64,000 nucleotides of DNA from Fimbriosthenelais zetlandica (taxonomy: Eukaryota). A model generated the notes under the pieces. That model saw only the letters and a program-made list of their open reading frames with translations, was not told the DNA's origin and did not search any database. This document shows positions 49,721 through 64,000 of this stretch, one piece after another. The stretch lies in the NCBI GenBank assembly GCA_977030845.1, contig OZ365117.1:3720001-3784000 (forward strand). The letters are read 5' to 3'. Both the position numbers and the translations under genes were made by a program. How positions within the stretch are numbered: the first letter of the stretch is position 1; each line of letters begins with the position of its first letter.

Positions 49721-52292
49721 ATCTCACATCACATCTCAATCTTCCGGCAGGCATTCCTTCTCTAATCGCTCCAACATAACGCCCCATAAGGTAGGAAATA
49801 TCTTCTTCTATACGTTTACGTTTTGTGAATGATAATGTGCTATTTTTAAGTGTATATTTAATCTTTAAATTGTACTTAAGTCCAAGTACAGTTTAATAGC
49901 AATCCTTTTATATATTTAATCATGCAAACATCTGTTGAGTAGACTGAAGGCAGTCTTCACAAATCATTCTCAGACATTCAGTCATTACAGCTAAAAATAC
50001 GAATGACCAAACACTGTAGTGGTTCCTTGTGACTGATCCATGCTTTAGTCGGACAAATTATCGTTTAGCCAGACCAGTAGAAGTTGACAATGACCGGTAA
50101 ACTTCACAGTCTTACTGCTCATAATGACCGGCAAGTTTTAAAAATATTCACAAGGACTGTGAGGGCATCGGAAGTCTGCCCCGAGTTAGACGAGAGTGTA
50201 AGTTTGAGTCTGAGGTCCTTTGTCTCCTTTATGCCTTCCTCAACTTGTCCTCTCAATGAATCTGCATTGTCACTCTCTTTAACATAAACGTCAGCATAAA
50301 GAAGGACCCCTTCCTCCCCTTCCTCCCTCTCACGCCGAAAGAATTCACATTCAAAAAACATCACTTCTCTAAGACACTGCCTTGACAAGTTAAGACTCAG
50401 CATTTTTTTTCATTTAACCCTTAAAAGAGTTGCCTTTCCAGCTTTAAACTTCTTCAGGGTAATGGACTTTCACATATGGTGGAATTTCTCAGATGTTCCC
50501 AAGAAGAGTATATTTTACGCTTAATATTATTTAAATAACAGTGCAATTGGTTAATTTAAATAGCTCGAGGAGACTGAACATTGCGCTCTGGTTTTGCGTC
50601 TGAAAGGAAGACGGGACAGGCAAACTTAAAAGATAAGAGAATGAAATATGAATGATGTATTTGACTCATATCAATCTTCTGTCTCAAAGTGATGCTTTTT
50701 ATATAGTGAATGAAACTATTTCATCTCCAAGTACTTTTAAAGTTGAATCACGTAGGCTCGGCCTGAGGTAAAATAACTGACTAATTAATGTGAAATATGT
50801 GGTTGTATTGTGCTCTTAATGATTTATGTCCATCACGTTTACATCCCAAAACCTAGGCTTCCATTTGTCATCAGTTTGAGCGAGGTAACTGTGTTTTAGG
50901 CTGAATTAAACCCTACTGACCTCCTTTCAGAATACGCTTTTTAAAAGGTGTTTTGCTGGGGAATTTTCCCTGGAACTTTTTCCCCAATCACCCATATTCT
51001 ACTTTACTGGTGTTAAAAAAACATGTAGAGACAAGAGTTAAAATCCTGCTTTTAGAATCGATGATGATGGAAGCTAAAAGATTGGGAAAATGACCTGCTC
51101 ACAAATGGCTCTTAAACGCTTCTGTTGATGTTGTGAAATTGACAGGCTGATTTTGTAGGCCATTTCTATCAAACTCTGGTGGGGAAAGTAGTGAATAGTG
51201 GCTGCCTCTCATGTTGCTCAGACCTACCCAGCACTGACAGATTTATGATAGGAGGTGTTGAAATGAAAGTGAGAAGTAGAAGGGTGTCATGTAAGGGTTG
51301 GTGTGAGTGTTCAATGAGAGGTAACCCAGCAACAGGTCCCTGCCACTTAGACCTGCCAAATGAAACACACTAATATGTGGAATCCACTACGCCGAAAACT
51401 AAAGAGAGAAGATCATCCCCTGTGATTTCTTGTATGATACAATACAGAGACATTAGGAGAATTCATCACGCATCATCTCTATATTAAAAGTTGGGGATTA
51501 GAAGAAGTCTAGAATGTATTATTTATAAATGATATTTGCCAGTAGAAGATGCAGCCTCATCAACTACATGGGGATATACATTCATACATATTGAAGTTGA
51601 TGCTCTTTCCACTGGTAATAGACGACCATCCTCTATGCATTTTACATGGATGGATCATATTTGAGATGAGTCGGCGATTGTGGCGATGGTTTCATCTGTC
51701 TCTACATCTCCATGCATGTCATGAGGCAGCTTCCAGCTCACCATTCCCACCTCACCAGACTCCAGCATGTCCTCATATTTGCACTCTATTCCTTTCTCTT
51801 CCATCCGCCCAGCCAAAACTTGATGCCCAACCTTGTTTAGCTAAACCTGTTGATATTTTTTTCATCTCGTCTTTTTTTCGGGGGGCTGGTCCTCTAGCAC
51901 GCTCCGGATATTAGCTATTGGGTGAAGTCTATGTGGCTTCACTCTCTTGTCGAATGAAAAGACAACATAGATTCGTGCTTGTAGGTTCAAGTGCGGGATT
52001 CCCAAAGTCCTCTGCATCCTTTAGAAAATGAAAATTTAATATAAAAATTGTTTGAAAGCTTTAGAAGAAAGCACTGTTCCCGGTGCAGATAGTGCACAGA
52101 AAATGCACACTAAAAAAAGCACCTTCATGATATGGTCGCTCCACAGGTGATAGAAAAACCTGTTATATGTAAAGAATATTCTGATAGCTCTGATTAAGGA
52201 TGGGATTTTTGTCAGGGCGTGTGAACAGGCATCCTCCTACAGATAGTATTAACATTAATACCAATTAAGAAGGAAGGAGGAGGTGTGAGTAA

Positions 52293-52743
52293 AGCGGGTG
52301 ATCCACTTTGGCGAAAATGGCCCGCCAATGTGCGCTAAGCCCCGCTAATGTGCGCTAACCTACACCGCCAAGGCCTGCCCGACCTCCCCCCGCCAATGTG
52401 GATCAGCTACCCCCGCCGAGCCCCAACGTTCGATAGTGCGCTAAGCCCCGCGAGCCCTTCGCGGGATTATCTAGCATGTTTGATATTTTCGCATTGGCGA
52501 GGTATTGGCGGGGTAAAAAACGGTGCGCTAATGTGGATCAACCCAAGAGCGCTGTAGCGCCACCATTGTCATAGATACAGAATCATTCTTGGCGGGACCA
52601 CTTACTAAAATGCCCCGCTAATGTGGATCAGTCATTGGCGGGTCTTGGCAGTCGTCGTAAGGACCGGCAAACCCCGCCAGGAAAACTCCACTAACAAACC
52701 GCCAGGTTTTAGCGGGCTAAACCGCTAAAGTGGATCCACCGCT
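52293..52743. mobile_element. 451-bp MITE, PIF/Harbinger-like, with repeated subterminal motifs
   Basis: TIRs AGCGGGTGATCCACTTTGGCG / CGCTAAAGTGGATCCACCGCT, TAA direct repeat on both sides, and multiple CCGCYAATGTG motifs in both orientations. Confidence 0.85.
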
Positions 52744-54275
52744 TAAGGGAGGAGGGGACAGATGTTTTTGAGTGGATACTCTCCACATTGTTCCCTCCAG
52801 ACATCTCGTCTACTCTCTATGTTATAGTTCCATCGTCATCTATTTTATCGTTCAATCCTGTCTTTTAAATATTTACATCAAAATATTTTGCAATAGATTT
52901 AATATCATACATGTGGGAATGATTTGAAATACTTTAATGGTGTTCATATAACTTATGAATAAGCTTCGGTCCTGGCTTGAGGCAGTTAGATGCAGTTAAT
53001 CTGGTGCTCTTAGGAGATGTCTATGAATCATTTAGCTTTAATCTACTAGATAGGTTCTGTGTATTTCACATTGTACCATTGAAACTCGACCTCCACAAAC
53101 CAGTGGCATTTAAGATGCAGCTTGTGTGACTTAATACACGGGTGTATTTGACGTTTGGTGATTCCATCCTACCCACTGATCATCCATCGTATGAGATAAT
53201 CATTCCATGCCTCTTTATTCATCAGTAAACCCTACCTGTGGTCCTCTCAGACCTGATGAATATTCTCCAGGCACAAAATACCTCATATGCAAACCTTTTT
53301 CTCTCAGAGAGATGTTTGAACTTCGCTCATTAAAGTTGAAGTTAAATATTTTGCTTCCTTCCTTGTAGTTAATAGAATTGTAAAGTAAATAATCAGTGCA
53401 GGAAGCTCTGGGTAGGATGGCTCCCTTGGGAAAATAACAGTGTGCATATAGTTGCCTGTATTTTTTTTATTTTTTATTTTCATCTAATAATTGACAGCTT
53501 CTACAAAGGTTTTCCAAAGAACTTAAAAAGATGCTGCTTGATAGGAATGAAGAAAACAATGTGCGCTAGGAAATAAACTAGCATGTCACTGTGATCATGA
53601 TATCAACCTAGGCCTATAGTAGCCTATACATGAGATATCATTACAGGCCTATCTCTATATTGTTCTAGACAAGGTTCGCCCTCCCTCAGAACCGCAAATG
53701 GTTCCATGGGGTGAGATTCATAAGAAAGTTATTCTTGGTGCTTCCACCCTTCCCAAGATTGAACTCAAGCCCCTTTCCTTATATTTAGACCGAATTTTCT
53801 GTCATAAAAATAGACTAATTCACTTATTAATTTATAAGAATTGTTAAATCACCAATAGTAAAAAATGAAGCAATAAAAAGCAAAGACTTGGGTCCATTTA
53901 TACCTTGTTTTCTGTCATCCAATGTCCTATTGTACTGCTAACCTTGGGTGATTTTGACCACCCTACCCCGCCACACAGACACACACATACTTTCCAAAAT
54001 CCTGGAGATGCCCATGTGTATTGGCCTGTTTTTGATGTAACCATCCCTGGCCTGGTAGGTTGTGGACTAATGGATGATAATGCATGGATGGTGGGAGGGT
54101 AAACAGACTGGATTCTCAGCCCCTGACCTAGCTTACTCCACGCTCAATGGATGACCTGCCACACTGATGCATCCTTTCTTTTATTGGCTGGGCCAGAGGA
54201 GCATGAGAGATCATGTGACAAACTAGATCATGTGCTTGTACTTGTCCAGGTTTTACTCGTGATAGAGACCCACTG

Positions 54276-54342
54276 ATCACAGACCAACCGATCTCAGACC
54301 TAGTGATCTCAGACTGAGCGATCTCAGACCTAGTGATCTCAG
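54276..54342. repeat. 15-bp minisatellite, about 4-5 copies
   Basis: Unit gatctcagac(ctagt/tgagc). Confidence 0.85.
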
Positions 54343-56295
54343 AGTTAAGGCCCAGACACACCGCCGAGCGACACGCGAAAAGCTGCGACAAATTTTCTGG
54401 TTCGAGTTTGCCGCATGTCGCCTACCCAAAGTCAAACACATTTGGTCGCGTGCGAACAAATAGTCTCCAGAATTATTAAAAATGAATATTACTTTTCCTG
54501 ACCAGACCTGATTCGTCTTTGCTTTGACAATTAATTTGTGTTTGTAATGAAGTTGGACCGAACAAAATAAATAAATTTCCCAATAAATTCTGACGAATAA
54601 TAATTGACAATTGGCAAGCAGGATTCGTTTGCCTCTCATCATCAGGCTAATACTTTAATTACACCTTTCATTTTTGTCTTCAAAAATAACAAAATAAAAA
54701 GGTTTAATTTTCAGTTGAGCATTCTCACGTTCACTCTGCGCCACTTGTGTGAGATCTCTCCTCCTCTGACACCCGCTCAGTGCAAATGAAAGCGTTCACA
54801 TTGTAATGACCTCTGGAAACACTTTCTTTCCATCACACGCCAAAAGAAATACAGGATTCATAAAATGAGTGTCAACGCCCCAAGTGTACAGGGTTTGATT
54901 TACTTTGAAAACATGCATATGAATTTTTGCTATGAAAGTTGATTATGAATCGCAATGAGAATCCAATCAAGTGATTTTCCACAGATAACATTTATCTCAA
55001 AAATCGCGATGCCAATCTGATTTTCTATCAGAAATACATAAAATTACATCAAAAAATGCGATGTAATATACCATGTAAATTATACCTTGTTGTATGTCAG
55101 GTACCTCTACTGAAGGCCAAGTATTCATTTTTGTATGTGTTCATATATTGTTACCCAGACTTTGTACGTTAAATTAGAATGATTAGGAATAGACTATGCC
55201 ATTGATTTCAGAATATGTAGTAAACTTTGCCTCGTGAAGTGAGTAAATCAAATAGGATGTAAGGCTTTTAAATGTCAGTGTTTCACATTAAATAGTGTAC
55301 CTAATAGATCCTGCAAATACAAGATGCATTAAGGCTTCAGCTTCATGTATGTGGACATATTGCCCGGGGCCAAACTTTAGTTTACAACTTACACAATATA
55401 GAAAGGTCTCAACACTGTGTACTGCTGAATGGCTTCAAGCCTAATCACCATCCGGCAAAAGCATTACAAAGGATTTCAACTTAATTCTATCCGAAATTAA
55501 CAAATTACTATAAAAATAACAAATATAATGCATTCTGTTATGTTTAATTTCTTCATTACATATTTGATAAAAAAAAAAAGAATTGATTGAAATTCTGTTC
55601 ATGACAGTTAATATTTTAATGGAATGTTTTATTCTGGTCTATTCATAATAAGATTTCATCGTAATTGGATTTATTTCAATGTCCCATTTCTGTATGTGTC
55701 CCACTGGCCATGGCGATTAGTTGGTTTTGTATTCAAATTGTTGTCAATTTTCTGCTTTTGTTTTAAAATGTTATGTTAATGAACAATTCCTGAGATAGAA
55801 TATTTATCTTTTGGGTTTTTTAAGACCTTATTTCGAAGTCTAGTTTTAAGCATCTTGTCTTCTTGGCTTTGAATGAGCTTTGAATGCTGTTAAATTTTGG
55901 AGATCATCCTCCAGAAAGTGGATAATTTAATTGGCAACTTAAAAATCAGCAGTTGAAAAATTGATAATTTCCCCTCCCAGTCATTGCCAACCAGTTGGAA
56001 ACTTTGGTGTTTTCATGAAAGGGGAAAATGTCGAATTTGTTGTGCTGTCTGCAGATTTTAAGTATGAAATTTGAACCTGATATTGTGCGGTATAGATTGA
56101 GTCTATACGCCTCTCTTTGTACGTGAGGATATTTGTTCTGTTCTGGGCCTACCTCTTGCATGTCGACCAACATCAAAGCCCTGCTCTTTGTGGTGTATTT
56201 GCTGTCAAGTGCAGCTTGTAGTGATTGTCCCTGGTCACTTACTCCCTCCAGGCTCCTTAATATCCCCTCTATAAGGGTGGACGTCAAATCTCTAT

Positions 56296-56797
56296 ACATC
56301 TAAATCAGTTAGGCCATGGATCCTACTAAATCTAAATCAGTTAGACCATGGATCCTACTAAATCTAAATCAGTTAGACCATGGATCCTATACTACATGTA
56401 AATCAGTTAGGCCATGGATCCTATACTAAATCTAAATCAGTTAGGCCATGGATCCTATACTAAATCTAAATCAGTTAGGCCATGGATCCTATACTACATG
56501 TAAATCAGTTAGACCATTGATCCTATACTACATCTAAATCAGTTAGGCCATGGATCCTATACTACATGTAAATCAGTTAGACCATTGATCCTATACTACA
56601 TCTAAATCAGTTAGACCATTGATCCTACTACTACATCTAAATCAGTTAGGCCATGGATCCTATACTACATCTATATCAGTTAGACCATAGATCCTATACT
56701 ACATCTAAATTAGTTAGGCCATGGATCCTATACTACATCTAAATCAGTTAGGCCATGGATCCTATACTACATGTAAATCATTTAGGCCCTGGATACT
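56296..56797. repeat. About 32-34 bp minisatellite, about 15 copies
   Basis: Unit ctaaatcagttaggccatggatcctatactacat. Confidence 0.97.
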
Positions 56798-59399
56798 AAG
56801 TTCTTGTCTTTTGGGGTTTTTTAAATATAATGTTTATACAGTTAGTGTTATTATTCAAGAATTACATACGCTTATTATGCACCTTTTAAGTGATATCCAT
56901 GATCTTTAGGTCATTTAGACAAATCTGGGTCACTGGTACTCGGAATATTTTTTTGTTTTTTCTTGATTTAAATAGCAAAAATGACTTGTATCTCCAAATG
57001 GTTCTCTACAAGTTTATAATACACTTTGATCTAGTAGAAATCTAGTTCAAAATGATGAAAACTTCTGAACCGATTTCAGGAGACCATGCAATGTTAAGGT
57101 TCATAGTTTAATCAAAGTTTGTGAGACTTGTGAAGTGAGTAAGGATTTCACCTTGGAGAATGTCCTTGACCTAACAGAGCTCCATCTTAGATATGACCTG
57201 GTGATGACTTGTGTCTTATTGGTTTTATAAATCATAATGTAATATCGCCTTTTTACATTCCTTTAGAAGTGAATTATGTTCTGAGCTGTAGATGATTGAT
57301 TCATAAGGAAGCAGATGTAGGGAACATTTGACAAATACATGAAGAGCAATGAACGAGAATTAACCTTCACTTCTCTTTACTACGGTAAATTGCATACTTC
57401 TTCTTTCTCAACCTTGAGCCTACATATCTATAGTTAGTCTAAGATGCATGTAGGATCTCCAATAAGCTGAGATTTGTAACAACAGGGGAGAAAACATCTG
57501 TTAATTCATCTAATTATCATCTTAGCGGGGATGGTTATCACCTAAAGTTCACTAGATTGGTTCTATAAGCGATAATATGGTTGCTAACCCGGATATAAAT
57601 TTTAGCATGATGCATTGGCACTTTATCACCTTAGTTGACACCGGGCTTCAGTCTGGCAAAAGTCATTTTAAAAACCTTTGAGACATATTTTGTATACTTT
57701 CTTAAGACGGGATAAATCATGCATTTATCCCCAGATATAGCATCTATTCAAGTATTTGAAAGTAAGAAGTTGTCTGAATTTAGCAGAGACTGATCTGGTT
57801 TTTTATCCACGTATGGTAAAAGCCAGTAAGTTTAGAACTGGTTCTCCACTGGGGGTCCTCCTGTCTTTATCAATTCACCTCACACAGAAACCATCGATTG
57901 ATAACATAGAGGAGTGAACCGAGGGTGAGCGGGGAGCGGCAGAAAGACTGGCACGGGGATTACACCTCTTAAAACCCACTCTCACTGACCAAGGCCTTGT
58001 CTAACTCTTACTCCATACCAATATCCCCCTCCCAATACTAGTCTTTAATGATATGTATTTAAGTAGTATTGTAAAGTAATATATCGCTATAGGCTCTATC
58101 TATTTTTTTTTTTTTTTATTAAGTCCATGTTTTAACAGGAGGTGAAATATACAAAATTGTGTGTATGATTCAACAAGCAGGGTCAGACCTGAAGGTCTGT
58201 TCTTCCCCCTGCTTCCTGTCCACGTGGAAATTTATGTGGGAAGAATGCGTCGGTAGCATAAAGGTTAAAAAGAAGGATACCAGAAAAAAAAGTATTTTTT
58301 TCTATTACAATCGAGCATCATACTTTTTGAAATATTTTTAATTATTAATTTTTAAAATTATTAATCAGAGCAACATACTTCCGGAATTAATCTCTATTTC
58401 TGTTAGATTGAGGGGATTTTCGGAGAGGTTCATTAATCGGTCATAAAGCATGGAGTGGATCAGGGGTGTAGATATATTATGAGCATTAGATGGCACCATT
58501 AACCTCTGACCATGAGAAACCACTGACATATGTTAGGGAGGAACCTATCGGTATGAATATAAATTGTAGGCCATATCAAAATATCCTGCCATGAGCTGTA
58601 GAGCATTTGATGGTCGGTGGACATGTAATAAGTGGCGTGGCCATCCATTTGAACGTGAATTGGAATCCACGGGAACTGCGTCAAGCCTTATAAATGACCA
58701 TACATGGAGACTGATAAATGACGCTGAGCAGAATCAGCTTCAGGCTTCACTACACCGACTAACATTGACATAATCCACGCTAAATGGCTCATGCATCAAG
58801 ATCTGCTTTGATATGCCTTGCCCAGTATGCTATGTTGGAACTGTTATATCCCTCCTTGGCTTCAAAATAAATAATTCAAGCGTAAATAGATTTATTATAT
58901 CATTTATCTATCTTTTTTTGTCATTGCTTATACATATTTCTATCAGTTATGGTTCCTGTGAGGCAGCGGACTTTCAGAAAGTTCCTGATAATTCCTACAA
59001 TATTTATGCCTTTTGAGGATCAGGTTGGAAAAAAATCACTAGAACTTAGTTTGTGATACTTCTTATATTTGAGATGGAATCTTGTCGAGTAAGATCTCTT
59101 TCTCGGACCTATCCAAAGCTATTCTTGTATCTGACAAAAAGTGAAGGAGAAGAGGTGGTTTGTATTCATCAGGTTGGTGAGTTGGGACCGTTAAGACGCT
59201 GGCTGATAGGTGTAGGATAGTCTGCTTAATGTTCCTCAACTCGACCAGTTTACTCTGAAAGGACAATAGAAAAAAAACCCCACCTCCTACTGCGCTAACA
59301 AGAGCTGTTTCTTCCCCTTATGTTGGTTACGGGGCTACCATATTCCCGCCAGACGCTCCCCCGTATCTATGCTTATCATGCCATGTCTGTCTTGCCCTG

Positions 59400-59720
59400 A
59401 TCAGAATTTTCTTTGTTTATGCCCTGAATTTTTCCCCACTACTTCTACATCTAGTTTTTAACTGTTCTCGTTGTCGTATAAAGATAGAACTGCTTTCCTA
59501 GCTTCACCTTTTTCATCAAGAAAACAAGCTGTGCCTGCAGCTCTTCTACTACTTCAATCACCTGGCTTGATTGTAACAATTAGAATGCTGAGAATCGCAT
59601 CAAAAGATTACACATAACGCATTAAGCCTCCCTCATTGCGCCCCTCTCAGCCTTCCTGCTTTTGTGCATAGTAAAGAAAGTGTACAAGCTTCTTCTCCTG
59701 CTAAACTCGGGCCCTAATTA
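59400..59720 (-). mobile_element. Possible LTR-retrotransposon gag remnant
   Basis: DEKGEARKAVLSLYDNE resembles the L.GEA.KAV gag helix. Many stops. Confidence 0.25.
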
Positions 59721-60519
59721 AGATACAAAGACCTGCTCGTTAACGACTCCAACTCTCACTAATTGTCCTTTAACATAATCTACTTTCAATCTTCCATCTC
59801 CAGATCACTAAAGATTAATTGCTTTTAAAAAAGTTAATAAAGGGAACGAGGGTAAAGCGAGTCTTCGCCGCTGAGGATGACGTCGTTCCTCAACTTGTAC
59901 ATGCATTGCTGCACTTGTTTATGTATTGAACAAACTAAACTGTTTTTGATTTATGTTTGTAAAATGTCACATTTGCAGTGAACTCTTGTTCCCTGAAATA
60001 TTCAAGAGCAGAGAATGTGCATTGTTGCATATCCTTTTCTGATAAGGAATTGCTGCAAAACAGAATTCATTGTTGAAAGTAGAATGTTAAGGCTGTCTGG
60101 TGAAATGCTGTAGTTCTTTTAATATTAAAAGAGTTTGCTTCTGTATGCAAGTCTGTGAAGATGTGATTCAACACCAGGCCTGGAGGTCGTGGCCTGCATC
60201 CATGCTACAGCATTGAGGCAACAAATCCAGGTCTAATATGTCTTCCTAAGCTCTAACGAACTGCCTTACATTGACATGAAAGCTTGTCAATACTTGTTAT
60301 TGAATTGACTCTATTTCGATATCAAAAGTGGAATGATCGAGCATGTATTCAATATGTCCACTGAAAAGCCCTACCTGATCCATCAATGGGTTGGCGGACG
60401 ATTGATCCGTCAGTAGCCAGTATCCATCACTCATTGGTTATAATAGGGGTATGGGTGACCAAGCTCAGTTACCCTTATCACATTCTTACTGGTTCTTCCA
60501 TAGAAAGGGGGAAGCTTTA

Positions 60520-60729
60520 AGCCAGGAATACACTAATCGATTCTCTATCCAGAGCCATCCGATAGCTGACCGAAACTGTATTTCTATTCACACCAAATGC
60601 TTGTAATTTGAAAAGTTCTTTACACCTAGGTAGGGCTATCCATTGACAAAATTTCAATCTTTAGATATCATTAGAAATGGGTTATCGGATGGCGACGGAT
60701 TGGAGAATCGGATTAGTGTATTCCTGGCT
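60520..60729. mobile_element. MITE family B, copy 2 (210 bp)
   Basis: Aligns with 18668-18877; TIRs AGCCAGGAATACACTAATC / GATTAGTGTATTCCTGGCT. Confidence 0.85.
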
Positions 60730-62883
60730 ATACACAGGCATGTGCTCAAATACAAGACCAGGCTTGGGCAGGGATTGACCTCAGAGATGATGGCCTTCAT
60801 GCAAAATAGTTATATTATTTTTGTGTGTTTTAATCATTAATATAAGATTTTTAAAATATATTAATTATATCATTTATGTACCTCCTCCATGTAGGTTTTC
60901 AAGGTAAAGTTAAAGACAAATATCATGGGATTTGAAATTATTCCAGGACTGCGATATTCACAGATCATTTCCTGATTTATTAATCTCGACTGATTTACAC
61001 TTACTACCGGAGTTCACCAACAACCCTGGTCTCATAATGGCACTCTGAATAACAAATTTAGATTAATGGGACATTGAGGAAAATTAATCACTTTTTTATA
61101 GTCTTTTCTTTGTTTCTCTCCCAGTCAATCTCCTGCCGGGGCAAAGGTTAGAAGAAAAAAGATCAATCTCATTAAGTCTTTATTATAACAACGAAAAAGT
61201 GATAAATCATGGGTGCTGAGCACCTTGTTAATTGTTTTACTTCAGGTTATAAATATCTGATCAATGGAATGGAGTTCCCAACTATAGATAAACACCTACT
61301 CGTTTATGACGTTTTTTTGATATTTTATGTTTATTAACTGTCGGCCGCGTGTAATGGTTTTTGCATTTTCTTATCATAAATAATCGCTTTCTAATTGTGT
61401 GTCTGACATTAAGTACCTATGATTATAAGTGGTTAAATGGGTTTTTTCTAAGCATTTTATAATTTTTGATGTACCATGCCTCGACATGAAATACTAAATG
61501 TAGGGTTGGGACAAAATTGTTTCTATGTCCTGTGGATTCTATTGCCATTTCTGCCACTGATTACGAATTCGTTGGAATGTTTTAACTCTGATGAAGTTTG
61601 ACCTTCAAAAAACCTTTTCAAAATGGCGGCCAAAAGGTCCAATTTACCCAACCCTTCGAAATTGTAGCTCAGGGTGTATTTGTGATGACCACTTTAACCT
61701 GAGCTGTTTGGAGGTTGTTCAAGGTTATTCAATAGTTGGGATGAATTTCCTTTGGATGAATTTATCAAAATTCTCTTGATAATACATTTATTGGAACGCC
61801 TAATGCCCAACTTCCGAAGGTGCACAGTGCCAACCTGTAAGCTGACACTTGGCAAACCGGTTGTGGGATTCTTAGATCTCAAGCTTTACATTATTGATTT
61901 TATTTCCCCAGATCCAGAGAAGAGTCAAGAGCTTTTTATTCTTGCTTTAAAACCCTTTAGTTGTACTTGCGGCGCTCTGCAAATGAAATCGACCACTGTT
62001 AAACAAACAGCAAGCAGAAGGTGTGTGGTCAAGGTGCAACCAGTTGTTATATGCATCTCTTCAGATTATATTTCAAATCACCGTTCATACCCTCCTATAG
62101 TTAAAGTTAAAATATTAGACTATGCCATTGTCCTAATCATCTGGGTCCATTTACTGTTTTTATGGGGTTTTTCCATGTAAGCATCTCTTCATTAGACTCA
62201 GCCATGTTGTTGTTTATGAATGCTCATCTCGTTGCTAGGAAACTATTTTCCAGGCTTTGTAATTTATTGTTTTTAATTAATCAATTTGCAGCCATTTTCG
62301 CTTCCAAATACCTGGAAACATCTGTCACACAATAAGTTACTTTAGCTACATTTAATACATACATACATGACTTCTCTATAACAGTGAAGGCCCCAGCCTG
62401 CATGTTGTATTGCATAACGGTACAAGTGAATACATTATAGCGAATTACTGCAATCCGCTGACGGTTAAATAGTCGTTATTTTTAACTTTAGCCCTTAAAT
62501 CTCCGGCACTCTGAACCCGATGTTTCGAGCTACTTTTTATACTGCGGCATGACAAATGTGTCAAAGCTCACGGGGTAGAATTATTCATCCACAATTGGTG
62601 GTTTTCAGCCTATAGTGCTGTGTATAGTTGGGTTGCATGAAAACCTAAGATCGTGTTTTACTGGCCTGAATGGGTGAGATATATCTATCCCCATGAGTCT
62701 TCTCCATCAGAACAAGGTGACATGATGGGCTCCCATCCTTTAAATGCCAACAAGCCCCTGGGGTTAGCCCTATTATAGGTTTCTCATTAGAAACCATCTG
62801 TCTTTTTACCCTGGCTTTTCCCAACAGACTCTTACTTTTATCGGATAAAAATACCCTGGAAACTTGGTTGGTGTGTAATAGCT

Positions 62884-63005
62884 TTTATTCGTGTTTTATT
62901 ATAGTATTTCCCCATGTTTTTCCTATCGATATGCTTTAAATCAGAACGTTTAGTGTTTTATAATAGTATTTTCCCGGGCTTTTTTCTTTCGATATGCTTT
63001 AAATC
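62884..63005. repeat. Diverged tandem duplication of about 64 bp
   Basis: gtgtttta(t)tatagtattt...tcgatatgctttaaatc occurs twice. Confidence 0.7.
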
Positions 63006-64000
63006 GAAGTGAGTTGGAAATTTTAGATAATCTGAAAACCGTACCGCAAGTATTACCCTCTTGAAATGGTTTAACATATTCGTATAAAAGCGAGCCCCAG
63101 ATTTGTGGATTCTGCCTTGAGATGGCCATGTCATATATGATCCTTGTTTTAGTTGTAATTGGATTGTGGTGTCGTTGAAGGATATGATATGTGAAATCTG
63201 GTGTGTATGTTCTTGTGACAAGCTGTGATTCCGGCATGAAGTCTATAAGAGGCCCTGGGGGGTAAATGAGGACCCATGCTCTGGTGACGGCAGCTGGCTT
63301 TTGTGGAAATCTATGATCACTTCTATCTCTGGCTCTATGTGTTCAAGAAGTGCCAGAAGAAATCTGGTGGAAAAGGTACACCGTCAGTGCCATGCCTGAG
63401 GCCTGTATGATATAACTGAGATGGGGATCGTCACAGACTCAGGGGTAGTCTAGTGGAAACCCCAGCAGCAGATAAACCGCCACAGACTATCTGGTCTTGA
63501 CAAAACCAGTACAGAATTACCCAACCAGAGAAATAAATGGTTTGTTTCCAACAAAAAATGTAGTCAGATAGTTGTAGGATTGTGTAACTGCCATTGACTT
63601 TCTCCGGGAGTATTTTTGGCAAATGTCTGTTCCCTTTCATAGTTATTTTGAATTGCTGGTACAGGGAAGTGGAACTGGCTGGATGGGTTATGACCCTATC
63701 ACGATCATTATTATAGCACCTGGTCAACAAGTGTTTCCGATAAACTGTTGAGTTTTTTTACCTTGCCTTGGCTCTGGTCCAAGTGTTGACTGGTCAATCA
63801 CTAGGCTGACCTGATTCTCTGGTCAATTGAAACATTTCATGGCGCCGTTTACACCCAGAATTGTCCATACACTGGCCATTCTTTTCATTTCTGGAAAAGT
63901 GTCGGAAGAAAAAAGCCCACCTCTTGGTTTAATCAAATTTGTGAAATGGACCTTTACTTGAGGAAAAGATCCGACAATGGATTGGTCCTTCCCTCGGATT

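Noticed and set aside
50119-50403. Acidic/coiled minus-strand ORF
   Set aside because: No recognisable motif and no convincing partner exons.
61752-62180. 142-aa plus-strand ORF
   Set aside because: No family motif or splice support; compatible with a chance ORF.

Overview
AT-rich animal genomic DNA with spliceosomal introns. The frequent TAGGCCTA motif and the repeat content suggest a marine deuterostome such as an echinoderm (inference). One recognisable gene is present: a plus-strand Ly6/uPAR three-finger gene with LYPD1-like 12-Cys spacing and a GPI signal (exons 27806-27943 and 29657-29916; exon 1 uncertain). Its exon-2 acceptor is tandemly triplicated, leaving two upstream decoy acceptors, each followed by an in-frame stop. 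The most unusual feature is a minus-strand array at about 32.3-41.5 kb that is invisible as long ORFs. It has repeated units of GC/CCAAT promoter, a short ATG exon (phase 2) and a 137- or 164-nt variable exon (phase 2 to 1), upstream of a single pair of phase-1 terminal exons. The variable exons show a clear excess of synonymous changes and encode a small domain I do not recognise. The rest is MITEs, tRNA-derived SINEs, decayed Penelope, L2, DIRS and Gypsy remnants, minisatellites, and a complex inverted rearrangement at 20.2-23.0 kb. All alignments and counts were done by eye, with no database searches.
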